Assembly (NCBI GenBank): GCA_026395055.1
Contig: JAPLZK010000002.1
Location: 192,154 to 256,153, forward strand
Direction: 5' to 3'
DNA from: Candidatus Uhrbacteria bacterium
GTDB taxonomy: Bacteria > Patescibacteriota > Patescibacteriia > UBA9934 > GWF2-40-263
Length of the DNA: 64,000 bases
Each line of letters opens with the position of its first letter. The first letter of the stretch is position 1. This document shows, one piece after another, positions 26,885-35,622 of this stretch. Position numbers and translations under genes: made by a program. The notes below the pieces were generated by a model that saw nothing but the letters and a program-made list of their open reading frames with translations, was not told the origin of the DNA and made no database searches.

Positions 26885-28480
26885 TTATTTCATCACGACA
26901 TCCCGGGCACTCTGCCCTAGAATGACCAAAAAGTCAACCTTTGACCCTGTTGGAAGGGGTTTTGGTTCGTCTGGGGTAACCGCGACTTGTTCTGGGATAA
27001 CCTGGTCGTTTTTCATCCAGCCAGAGGCGGAGGCGATATCTGCTTGAAAAAAGGTTTTGAGGGCTTGGAGTTCGTCTGCTTTTGCCCCGTTTGTGAGGTC
27101 ATAAATGACCGTATGGGTATAATCGCGGGTAACTGCGTTACCGACCTTGATGACATTGAATTCTTCATGGGTGATTAAAAGTTGGGATGCTCGCACACCA
27201 AGACCGGTGACCGTTGTTCCGTTTTGGATTTCGACACGAACGACAGGGGCTGTAGGTTTTTGTGTGTGGGTTGGGGCTTCTGCAAGTTTTGTTTGTTCCA
27301 CACCCTTTGGTTCTGATGTGTAAATGTACTGTGCCATTTGTTGAAGGGTGGTCCAGTCGTCGTTTTTTGGGAGAAGCACGTAGGCACCATTCAGCATGGT
27401 GGCGTAAAGCGGAGAGTTGGGAGAATCGTCAATAACATGACTGACAACTTCGTCTGATTTCAAATCTTTAAATTCTTTTGCAAGACGCATGAGTTGCGAG
27501 ACAGAAAGATTGGTGGAAATATTTTTTTGGAGTGTGTCAAAAATACCGGTGATGCGAACGGGGTTTAAAAATGTGGACGCGGAAAAGACTTTGTCTTTTA
27601 CCGCGAGCATAATTTTTTGTTGACGATGAGAGCGTGCAAAGTCTGATCCTTCTCCGTTGTTTCCGTGACGTGATCGAACGAAGGCGAGCGCTGTTTTTCC
27701 GTCCATGTGTGTAACGCCTTCTTTGAAGGTGAGAACCTCAAAACGACAGGCGTAGTCTGGGGGCGGAATGGCTGGACCAGAAGATGTATTTAAAAGATCC
27801 GCGGCCGTTGCGTTCATGGAGGCTTTGCTGTTTCCGCATGTGTCATTTTCTTTTCCAATGATTGGATACGCTGCGTCTGTAAACGCATGGTCAACCGTTA
27901 CATCTACGCCACCAACAGTGTCGATGAGTTCTTGAAATCCACCAAAGTCTACACGCATGTAATATTGGACCGGTTGCTTGATGGTGTTTCCAATAAATTG
28001 TGCGGTGACTTCACCACCCGAACCTGTTTTTTCTGCTTCCGCATAAGCGTTTACATGGTTTACTTTTTGGTATCCATGACCCGGAATAGGAACGGTCATG
28101 TCACGTGGTAACGAAAGAAACGCCAATTTTTTTGTGGAGGGGCGATAACTTGCAAACAAGATTGTGTCCGTGAGCTGTGCGCCTTCGTGTCCCGTTCCAC
28201 CAACACCGGTTAAGAGGAAATTCACACGGTCATCGCTTTCGCCATCCAATGCATCGTCTCCGGGAAGAATGAAATTTCTGATGATGGAAAAAAGAGAAAG
28301 TTCTGTTGCTCCACCATGGCCGTCAGAGGTTGCGCGTACGTGAAAAGAAAAAGCTGCACCAGCGATGGCGAGAATTAAAAAAGAGGCAATAAGTGTTTTG
28401 CGGAAAAAAAGAAACGGTTTTTCGTCCGGTTTCACGAGCTCGTATTTTTCTTTGAGAAAATCGATTTTTGGATGGTCCAT
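26885..28480 (-). CDS. LCP (LytR/CpsA/Psr) family protein with LytR C-terminal domain
   Basis: TM, TDTI, SLPRD, GGVDV, FVRSRH, SDFARSHRQQ, VEIQNGT. Confidence 0.9.
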   Translation of the reverse strand: MDHPKIDFLKEKYELVKPDEKPFLFFRKTLIASFLILAIAGAAFSFHVRATSDGHGGATELSLFSIIRNFILPGDDALDGESDDRVNFLLTGVGGTGHEGAQLTDTILFASYRPSTKKLAFLSLPRDMTVPIPGHGYQKVNHVNAYAEAEKTGSGGEVTAQFIGNTIKQPVQYYMRVDFGGFQELIDTVGGVDVTVDHAFTDAAYPIIGKENDTCGNSKASMNATAADLLNTSSGPAIPPPDYACRFEVLTFKEGVTHMDGKTALAFVRSRHGNNGEGSDFARSHRQQKIMLAVKDKVFSASTFLNPVRITGIFDTLQKNISTNLSVSQLMRLAKEFKDLKSDEVVSHVIDDSPNSPLYATMLNGAYVLLPKNDDWTTLQQMAQYIYTSEPKGVEQTKLAEAPTHTQKPTAPVVRVEIQNGTTVTGLGVRASQLLITHEEFNVIKVGNAVTRDYTHTVIYDLTNGAKADELQALKTFFQADIASASGWMKNDQVIPEQVAVTPDEPKPLPTGSKVDFLVILGQSARDVVMK

Positions 28481-28606
28481 ATCTAGACACGAGTGTACCA
28501 ATTTTGTGTTCGATATTCAAGGGCTTGAAATGCAACGATTCTTGTGTTAGTGTCTCACAAAATGTATTGCTTTTGCGCAATGTATTTTCGATGGAGGAGG
28601 TGTCTC

Positions 28607-29296
28607 ATGCTCACATTTCCAGAATTGCGTGGTGCGCAGTTTGGTCACATGAATCTTGATTTGCTTGCACAAGAGTATCGACTCTTACAGGATGAGAATC
28701 TTTTTCCGCGTTTAACAAAGCAGGGGGTTACAACAAATCCGCTTCTTGATCCCCAAACGTGTTTGAGAATGGTTCAAGACGCGCATGCACGGCTCGGAAT
28801 CGATCATTCGTACGGCGGATGGTTTGAGGATCGACGTGTTCTTTGGAAGGATAGCTATTTGGAGAAAGGACAGCATTGGATTCACCTTGGGGTGGATTTT
28901 ACGGTTCCGACCGGAACGTCTGTTGCGGCAACATGGAAGGGGACGGTCGAACATGTCGACGATGACACACCAGAACCTGGTGGATGGGGTCCGCGCGTGA
29001 TCGTTCGCCTGAAAGACGCATCAGACATGATTCTGATCTTCGCTCATCTCGGAAAGATCATCTGCAAAAAAGGAGATCGTCTGAAACCGGGAGATGTTTT
29101 TGCTGAGATTGGTGCGCCGCCAAACAATGGGATGTGGTTTCCGCATCTGCATGTGCAAGCGGTCGATCTGCGTCACTACAAGCGCAATTGGAATGCGCTC
29201 GTTCAAGAATTGGACGGGTATGCAAATCCCTTTGAAGCTTCTCGGGCTGCCACGATCTTTCCGGACCCCATGCGCTACGTGCGCTTGTGGAATTAA
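28607..29296 (+). CDS. M23 family metallopeptidase
   Basis: HLGVD (HxxxD), AHL, PHLH (HxH); GGAGG SD. Confidence 0.85.
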   Translation: MLTFPELRGAQFGHMNLDLLAQEYRLLQDENLFPRLTKQGVTTNPLLDPQTCLRMVQDAHARLGIDHSYGGWFEDRRVLWKDSYLEKGQHWIHLGVDFTVPTGTSVAATWKGTVEHVDDDTPEPGGWGPRVIVRLKDASDMILIFAHLGKIICKKGDRLKPGDVFAEIGAPPNNGMWFPHLHVQAVDLRHYKRNWNALVQELDGYANPFEASRAATIFPDPMRYVRLWN

Positions 29297-29404
29297 TCTG
29301 ATCGATGCACTCTGCGTCGATTTTTTTTGTATCCATCTCATGCGCATTGACGTCATTCGCCGTTTCTTATAGATTACGCTCTTGCTCTTTTACGTGAGGT
29401 GTTC

Positions 29405-30239
29405 ATGGAACTCGACGAACTTGAATTTAATCCACGTCTTGTGGACGAGCTCTTTGATCGAAGATCCAATCAAGAAATCACCGATACGTTTGCCGGCATG
29501 GGGCGATCGGTCGACGGTTCCTTTGATCGATCACGGTTTTCAAACACCGCGATCGCGATTGAGCGTTTGATTGGGCATAAAGATTATCGACGCCCGTCTG
29601 TGTCGGATCTTTCTGCGCCATACGGACGGTTTCGCGGTCGACACATTATTGGAACCGGAACACGAGTTCTCGGTGGAGTGTATCTTGGACACAGACCACG
29701 CGAAGCAATCACGTTGAACGCGGTCGTTGCTACAAGGCTTTATCGATGATCGATTAAGTCTCATGCGTACAAAACTTCTAAACGGTAAGATGCGGTTTGC
29801 AACGAATCGTGAAGGAGTCATGCATGCCTTTGCGATCGATCTCCCTCAAGCCCTCTTTGACTTCACAAAAGAATGTCTGCCTTACAATGAACTTAGTACG
29901 GCCGAGATCTTTCGTCGTACAAAGATGTTGGCTGACTCTGAACTTGCGCTCGATGTTTACCTTGAGGCAAAGACGGGTGTGTGTCGTCACATGGTTCTGT
30001 TTCTCGTCGGTCTGTTCGAGCTCCTTTCAAAATTGGGCTTGACACAAGGTTCCATGTCTGTGTGTCGGTGCTATATTCCGAACCTGTTTAGTCATGCTTG
30101 GGCACGATTTGAGCAAGAAGGAAGCGAGGCGCTCATCTTGGATCCTGCACAAAACTTCATTGGTTCACTCGAAAACGGGGGAGAAATGGGCAAATTCGTT
30201 TATGATCACGAACTTGCTAAATTTCTTTCCGCACAATAA
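29405..30239 (+). pseudogene. frameshifted transglutaminase/papain-like Cys-His-Asp protein
   Basis: Overlapping ORFs 29405-29749 and 29727-30239; GVCRH, HAW, LDP in the second; single promoter, SD and terminator. Confidence 0.6.
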
Positions 30240-30361
30240 GACCTGTCTGCAACGCATCTCATTTGACCCTTGCTCAGGGTCTTTTTTTGTGATATCCTGA
30301 AGAGGATTTACTGTCCTCTAACATATCAAACCAAGGCGGATGCTTTGGACTGCAAACTATT

Positions 30362-30970
30362 ATGTCAAAAACGTTTCAGAAACTAGAACCGTTCCTTCTC
30401 AAAAAATTTGGACCTGTCGGAGCGTCTGTTGCACTGTTTCTTGTTGAGGTCATTCAGATCATCTTGATCTCATGTGCCATCATCATTCCTATCCGTTATT
30501 TTCTCATCCAACCGTTTTACGTGAAGGGTGCGAGCATGGAACCAAACTTCTATGACTCGGAGTACCTTATTATCGACGAGCTCTCGTATCGTATGCGTGC
30601 GCCGGAACGTGGAGAAATCGTCGTGTTCCGTTATCCGCGTGATCCAAGTGAGTTTTTCATTAAGCGTGTTATTGGACTTCCAGGTGAAACGGTAGAAGTA
30701 AGTGGGGGGCACGTCACCATTTATAATACAGATCATCCAAACGGTGTTCTTCTGACAGAGTCGTACTTAACGGACGTCTCGACAGATGGCATGAAAAAGA
30801 CGACGCTCGGCGCAAAAGAATACTGGGTTATGGGAGACAATCGTCCAGAGAGTATGGATTCAAGAAGTTTTGGGCCTGTGACCATTGACCATTTTATTGG
30901 TCGCGTCTGGGTAAGAGGATTACCACTCACGCGCGTGTCTACATTTCCGGAACCAAAATTTAATTTGTAA
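30362..30970 (+). CDS. lepB: signal peptidase I
   Basis: GASMEP, FIKRVIGLPGE, MGDNRPESMDSR. Confidence 0.95.
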   Translation: MSKTFQKLEPFLLKKFGPVGASVALFLVEVIQIILISCAIIIPIRYFLIQPFYVKGASMEPNFYDSEYLIIDELSYRMRAPERGEIVVFRYPRDPSEFFIKRVIGLPGETVEVSGGHVTIYNTDHPNGVLLTESYLTDVSTDGMKKTTLGAKEYWVMGDNRPESMDSRSFGPVTIDHFIGRVWVRGLPLTRVSTFPEPKFNL

Positions 30971-30992
30971 GATGGTACGCTGAATAACATTT

Positions 30993-32423
30993 ATGCCATT
31001 CAATAAAAAGAAAGAAGCCCCAAAGGCCGCTCCTGCTCCCGCTCCAAAGAAAGTGGAGAAAGCGGTTGATGGAGAAGAAAAAGAAAAGAAAGGTGGAGCA
31101 AAAGCACCACCAGAATTGTTACGCGGATTTCGTGACATTTTGCCAGAGGAACAAGGAAAGTGGAACTTTGTTCGTGACTCTGTTCGTAACCTTGCAGAAG
31201 CTTATAGCTTTGATCGCATTGATCTTCCAATCCTTGAGCGCGCAGATTTATTTCAACGCACCGTTGGAAAACAAACAGATATCATTGAAAAAGAAATGTA
31301 CGCCTTCGTAGATCCATCTGATCGCATGGTTGCGCTTAGACCAGAAGCAACGGCTTCTTGTGCACGTGCGTACATCAACCACGGAATGTTAGACCGCCCT
31401 CAACCGGTAAAGCTTTGGTATGAAGGAGCGATGTTCCGTCATGATCGCCCACAAGCGGGACGTTATCGACAGTTCTACCAAGCGGGGTTTGAGGTGTTTG
31501 GAACACATGAGCCAATCATGGACGCACAACTCATTGTGCTTGGATATCAAATCTTTAAAGATCTTGGATTGAACGTAAAAGTTCAAGTGAACTCCATTGG
31601 AACACCAGAATCTCGCCAAGCGTATTTGGCCGAGCTTACAAGTTACTTCCGCCCACATCGCAACAAATTATCTGAAGACGACAAACGCCGTTTGCAAAAA
31701 AGCCCCCTTCGTTTACTTGATAGTAAAGAAGAAGGCATGAAAGAGTTGCTTGCAGAAGCGCCACAAATTCTGGATTGGTTAGATGATGCTTCAAAAGAGC
31801 ACTTCACAAAGGTTCTCGAGTTTCTTGAGGAGATTCAAGTTCCTTACGTCTTGAACCCGCACCTTGTTCGTGGACTCGAGTATTACACGCACACCGTGTT
31901 TGAGTTCGTTCTTGACAATGACGAACCAGAACGTGCGCAAAATGCGCTCGGAGGAGGTGGTCGTTATAATGGACTCGTTGAACTTATCGGTGGCCGTCCA
32001 ACACCAGCGTGTGGATTCGCGATTGGGATGGATCGTGTGGCAAAGGCGCTTGGAGAAATGGGAATCAACCCACCACAACGTCCTGACCCACAAGTCTTCT
32101 TTGCACAACTCGGAGACGCTGCGCGACGTGTTGGTCTTAAGTTGTATGAAGATTTCCGCATGGCGCAAATTCCCGTTGCGGAGGCATTTGGAAAGAATGC
32201 GCTGAAAGCGCAACTTGAAGCAGCAAATAAACTTGCGGTACAGTACACAATCATCCTTGGACAAAAAGAAGTTTTGGACGGAACCATCATTATTCGTGAT
32301 ATGGAATCCGGTGCCCAAGAAATTGTGGACATCAACAAAATTGTCGCGGTTGTAAAAAAGAAATTGAGTTCTGAAAAAGAAGCACGTGTGGTTGTTCATC
32401 AATCACCGGTTGCGCGAGAATAG
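30993..32423 (+). CDS. hisS: histidine--tRNA ligase
   Basis: RGFRD, LRPEATA, RPQAGRYRQFYQ, LVRGLEYY, GGGRY, GFAIGMDR. Confidence 0.97.
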   Translation: MPFNKKKEAPKAAPAPAPKKVEKAVDGEEKEKKGGAKAPPELLRGFRDILPEEQGKWNFVRDSVRNLAEAYSFDRIDLPILERADLFQRTVGKQTDIIEKEMYAFVDPSDRMVALRPEATASCARAYINHGMLDRPQPVKLWYEGAMFRHDRPQAGRYRQFYQAGFEVFGTHEPIMDAQLIVLGYQIFKDLGLNVKVQVNSIGTPESRQAYLAELTSYFRPHRNKLSEDDKRRLQKSPLRLLDSKEEGMKELLAEAPQILDWLDDASKEHFTKVLEFLEEIQVPYVLNPHLVRGLEYYTHTVFEFVLDNDEPERAQNALGGGGRYNGLVELIGGRPTPACGFAIGMDRVAKALGEMGINPPQRPDPQVFFAQLGDAARRVGLKLYEDFRMAQIPVAEAFGKNALKAQLEAANKLAVQYTIILGQKEVLDGTIIIRDMESGAQEIVDINKIVAVVKKKLSSEKEARVVVHQSPVARE

Positions 32424-32565
32424 GAAGGATCAGCTTTGTGCTTGTTTCTCAATAAGCCACAAAACCCACCGTTAATTTGGTGGGTTTTGTGTATCTTGAC
32501 TCTTTTCCCATATTCCTGCATAATCTCACCATTATTCGTAAACACTGAAAGGGTGTGAAAAATTT

Positions 32566-32808
32566 GTGGTAGATGTTAAACGTCGCAAAGGTGAAAGTTT
32601 CGAAAGTTTGCTCCGTCGCTACTCTCGCCGTCTCCAACAGTCTGGAAACGCGCTTGAAGCACGTAAACTCCGTTACTACGCGCCGAGCCCAACCAAAAAC
32701 AAGCAAAAAGTTAGTGCGATCCGTCGTCTTGAAATTCGCGATAAGCGTGATTACTTGGCTCGTATCGGACAACTCGTTGACGAACCTCGCACGCAAAAGC
32801 GTCGATAG
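32566..32808 (+). CDS. rpsU: 30S ribosomal protein S21
   Basis: VKRRKGESFESLLRRY; basic; upstream of YqeY gene. Confidence 0.85.
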   Translation: MVDVKRRKGESFESLLRRYSRRLQQSGNALEARKLRYYAPSPTKNKQKVSAIRRLEIRDKRDYLARIGQLVDEPRTQKRR

Positions 32809-32863
32809 TGTAAAATGAGGAGTGGATTTATCCATTCCTCTTTTTCGTTTATAATCATTGTAT

Positions 32864-33631
32864 ATGACACTCCTTGAACAAATCGGCTCCGACGTGAAAG
32901 ATGCTATGCGCGCAAAAGAAGAATCTACGCTCTCAACGCTTCGCATGCTTAAGTCTGCGCTTAAAAATAAAGAGATCGATCTTATTCGTCCACTTACAGA
33001 GGTGGAGGTTTTAGATGTGATTAAATCACAGGCAAAACAATTGAAGGAGGCCATTGATCAATTCGAAGCAGGAGGTCGATCAGACCTGGCGGAATCAAAC
33101 AAGATTGAACTTGAGGTGCTGAAAAAATATATGCCAGCCGAATTGTCGGATGCGGATCTTGAGGCTGTTGTGAAAGACACACTCGCACAATCAGGTGTAA
33201 GCTCGAAAGCGGACATGGGGAAGGCGATGGGCTTTGTCATGAAAGCAGTTGCGGGGCGTGCAGACGGAACACGTGTGAAATCTCTTGTTGAAAAAATGCT
33301 GAGCATGTTTATCTTTGCCGTCCTTGTAAATACCATGGTCGTTTCTTCTGCACATGCAGAAATCGGTACGGTAACGCTTCCCGAATTTGGAACGTATTCG
33401 TACTTGCCTTACCTAGAAATGGGAATTCGTCTTGTGCGTGTCATGTTTTTGTTCGCTGGCTTATTTTCCATTATGGAAATTTTGCGTGGGGGAGTGGAAA
33501 TGACCGTTGGTTCTGTACGTGATGCTGTAAGAGACAAAGCAGAGCATAAAATTATTACAGGATTCATGAATATAGGAGTTGTTGTCGCACTCTTTTGTGT
33601 AACGACTGTTGTGCTTAAACAGTTGGGCTAG
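32864..33631 (+). CDS. GatB/YqeY domain fused to pilin-like C-terminal membrane domain
   Basis: DVKDAMRAKE..LRMLKSAL..GGRSDLA..MGKAMG..GRADG, then hydrophobic segment with AHA and GG...KA..I..G pilin-like hairpin. Confidence 0.8.
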   Translation: MTLLEQIGSDVKDAMRAKEESTLSTLRMLKSALKNKEIDLIRPLTEVEVLDVIKSQAKQLKEAIDQFEAGGRSDLAESNKIELEVLKKYMPAELSDADLEAVVKDTLAQSGVSSKADMGKAMGFVMKAVAGRADGTRVKSLVEKMLSMFIFAVLVNTMVVSSAHAEIGTVTLPEFGTYSYLPYLEMGIRLVRVMFLFAGLFSIMEILRGGVEMTVGSVRDAVRDKAEHKIITGFMNIGVVVALFCVTTVVLKQLG

Positions 33632-33658
33632 ACTATCCACATCTTTTCTATTCGATTG

Positions 33659-33697
33659 ATCAAAAATACGATACAATGTTTGTGTCGTATTTTTGAT
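33659..33697 (+). promoter_or_regulatory. 18 bp stem-loop just before pilin-Ig gene
   Basis: ATCAAAAATACGATACAA-TGT-TTGTGTCGTATTTTTGAT, contains TACAAT. Confidence 0.55.
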
Positions 33698-33702
33698 ATC
33701 AC

Positions 33703-35613
33703 ATGAAGCGTTTCTTTGACCCAAGAAACAAATCTTTTTCACACGTGACAGCCATACTTGGTATGCTGTTTCTTTGCGTTATTGGACTGTTCGTTGCGCA
33801 ACATGGTGTTCTTGCAGCAACACCATCACCGCTAGACGCTGTTGGAGCAGGGGCGGGTCTTCCACAAACAAGTTTGCCGATCTTGATTGCAAAAATTATC
33901 CGCGCCGTTCTTGGTGTGCTTGGAATCATTACAGTGATTCTTGTGATCTATGCGGGTTGGCTTTACATGAGTGCACAAGGTGATCCCACAAAGGTAGCAA
34001 AATCAAAAAAGATCATCACAAACGCCGTCATTGGTCTTGTCATTATTTTTTCTTCTTATTCCATTGCTTCGTGGATTCTCGGTAAGCTGCTTGATGCGGC
34101 GAATGGTCCGGGCACAATCGTAAGCATTGCCAAAAAATACTCAGAACCACTTGCGGGTTCACTTGGAGCGGGAATTATTGAAAGTCATTACCCAATGCGT
34201 GGCGCAACAGGTGTTCCTCGCAACACAAAAGTATTCGTCACGTTTAAAGAAGCCATTAAGCCACAAACCATCATTGATGGGTATGTATCACCCTGTACGT
34301 ATGTTGTGGCAAATCCACAAACACCCGCACTTTGTTCTACAAAATTAAAGACAGATGCGGTCGCCATGTTTGAAACAGCCAAAGGAGAAACAACCAAACT
34401 CGCAACAGACAAGGTGGTTGTAACGGTGAGTGATGATAAAAAGACCTTCGTCTTCAAACCTGTTTCGTATCTTGGAAATGCCGAAAAGGATACAAATTTT
34501 ACAGTCGCTTTGAAACCAAGTATTCAAAAAGCGGACGGAAGTGCTGCGTTTGCAGGAGTAAACTCGGCTGGATACGGATGGAACTTTACTGTATCAACCA
34601 CGGTTGATTTAACTCCACCAACCATTGTTTCCATCATCCCATCGGTTTCAGAACTTCAACCTCCAGGCGGAACGGTTGTAAATACGCTCAAGAAAAATAT
34701 TTCCGTTGAAATTACGTTCAATGAAGCCATGGATCCAATTGCTACAACGGGAACCTATCAAAAAAACGGAGGAGCAACAAAAAGTTTTCAACGCATTACA
34801 GTGGGTGATGGGAGCCCAGATCCTGTGAACGGATCGTATGATATTAGTAACTCGTATAAAACTGTTGGGTTTACAACAGTAGATGCGTGCGGAAAAGATC
34901 CGTGCGGCGGAACCATTTACTGTTTGCCAGGAGGAAAAACCATTACAGTGACAGCAAAAGCGGCCAGCATTGATGACAGTAATCCGCCACAAGGAATTTT
35001 AACGGGGGTGAATTATGATGGTGTTGTAGATGCTGCAGGAAATTCTCTAGACGGAAATGGAGACAATAAAGCGTGTGGAAGTTCAACAGATAAGGTCGCG
35101 TGTCCTGGTGCGCAAACAAATGACGACTATACATGGAATTTTCATACTTCAAATGACACAGATGATACAGTCCCAAAAATTCAATCGTTGGCACCGGATA
35201 TAAATGAGGGAAGTATTGATGTGTCGAACGATATCACCCTCACATTCAACACATTATTAAAAGCGTCAACCATTAGTTCCAGTAACATTACGCTCACTCC
35301 AGATCCAGCAACGTATATTATGTGGTTCAGTCCATCAAAGACAGACATACCAAATACACTTCCAACGGATATTGCTACTCAATCTGTCATTCACATTTCA
35401 CATCCACCATTTATTTCAAACGCAGAAGGCGGTTCTGGGTATTGGCCACGTGTCACGCAAGAAGTGAAAAGTGCGTATCAAATTTGTATGTTTCCATCTA
35501 TGGGGGACGTTACGAGTTCTGCAAAAGACTGTAATGGAGCAGATCCAGCCAAACCGTATTGTTGTAGCGGATCTCCGTCAGCTTCCGCGTGTGCCGTTCC
35601 ACTTCCAAAGTAA
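33703..35613 (+). CDS. pilin (TrbC/VirB2-like) plus Ig-like (Big_5-like) domain surface protein
   Basis: IYAGWLYMSAQGDPTKVAKSKKIITNAVIGL; TFKEAI, TFNEAMD, DLTPPT Ig-like strands; Cys pairs. Confidence 0.8.
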   Translation: MKRFFDPRNKSFSHVTAILGMLFLCVIGLFVAQHGVLAATPSPLDAVGAGAGLPQTSLPILIAKIIRAVLGVLGIITVILVIYAGWLYMSAQGDPTKVAKSKKIITNAVIGLVIIFSSYSIASWILGKLLDAANGPGTIVSIAKKYSEPLAGSLGAGIIESHYPMRGATGVPRNTKVFVTFKEAIKPQTIIDGYVSPCTYVVANPQTPALCSTKLKTDAVAMFETAKGETTKLATDKVVVTVSDDKKTFVFKPVSYLGNAEKDTNFTVALKPSIQKADGSAAFAGVNSAGYGWNFTVSTTVDLTPPTIVSIIPSVSELQPPGGTVVNTLKKNISVEITFNEAMDPIATTGTYQKNGGATKSFQRITVGDGSPDPVNGSYDISNSYKTVGFTTVDACGKDPCGGTIYCLPGGKTITVTAKAASIDDSNPPQGILTGVNYDGVVDAAGNSLDGNGDNKACGSSTDKVACPGAQTNDDYTWNFHTSNDTDDTVPKIQSLAPDINEGSIDVSNDITLTFNTLLKASTISSSNITLTPDPATYIMWFSPSKTDIPNTLPTDIATQSVIHISHPPFISNAEGGSGYWPRVTQEVKSAYQICMFPSMGDVTSSAKDCNGADPAKPYCCSGSPSASACAVPLPK

Positions 35614-35622
35614 ATTTTTTAC

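Noticed and set aside
29747-29789. TGA readthrough or genetic code 25 as explanation for the split gene
   Set aside because: Readthrough hits TAA 13 codons later, and TGA serves as a stop in scpB and ybeY.
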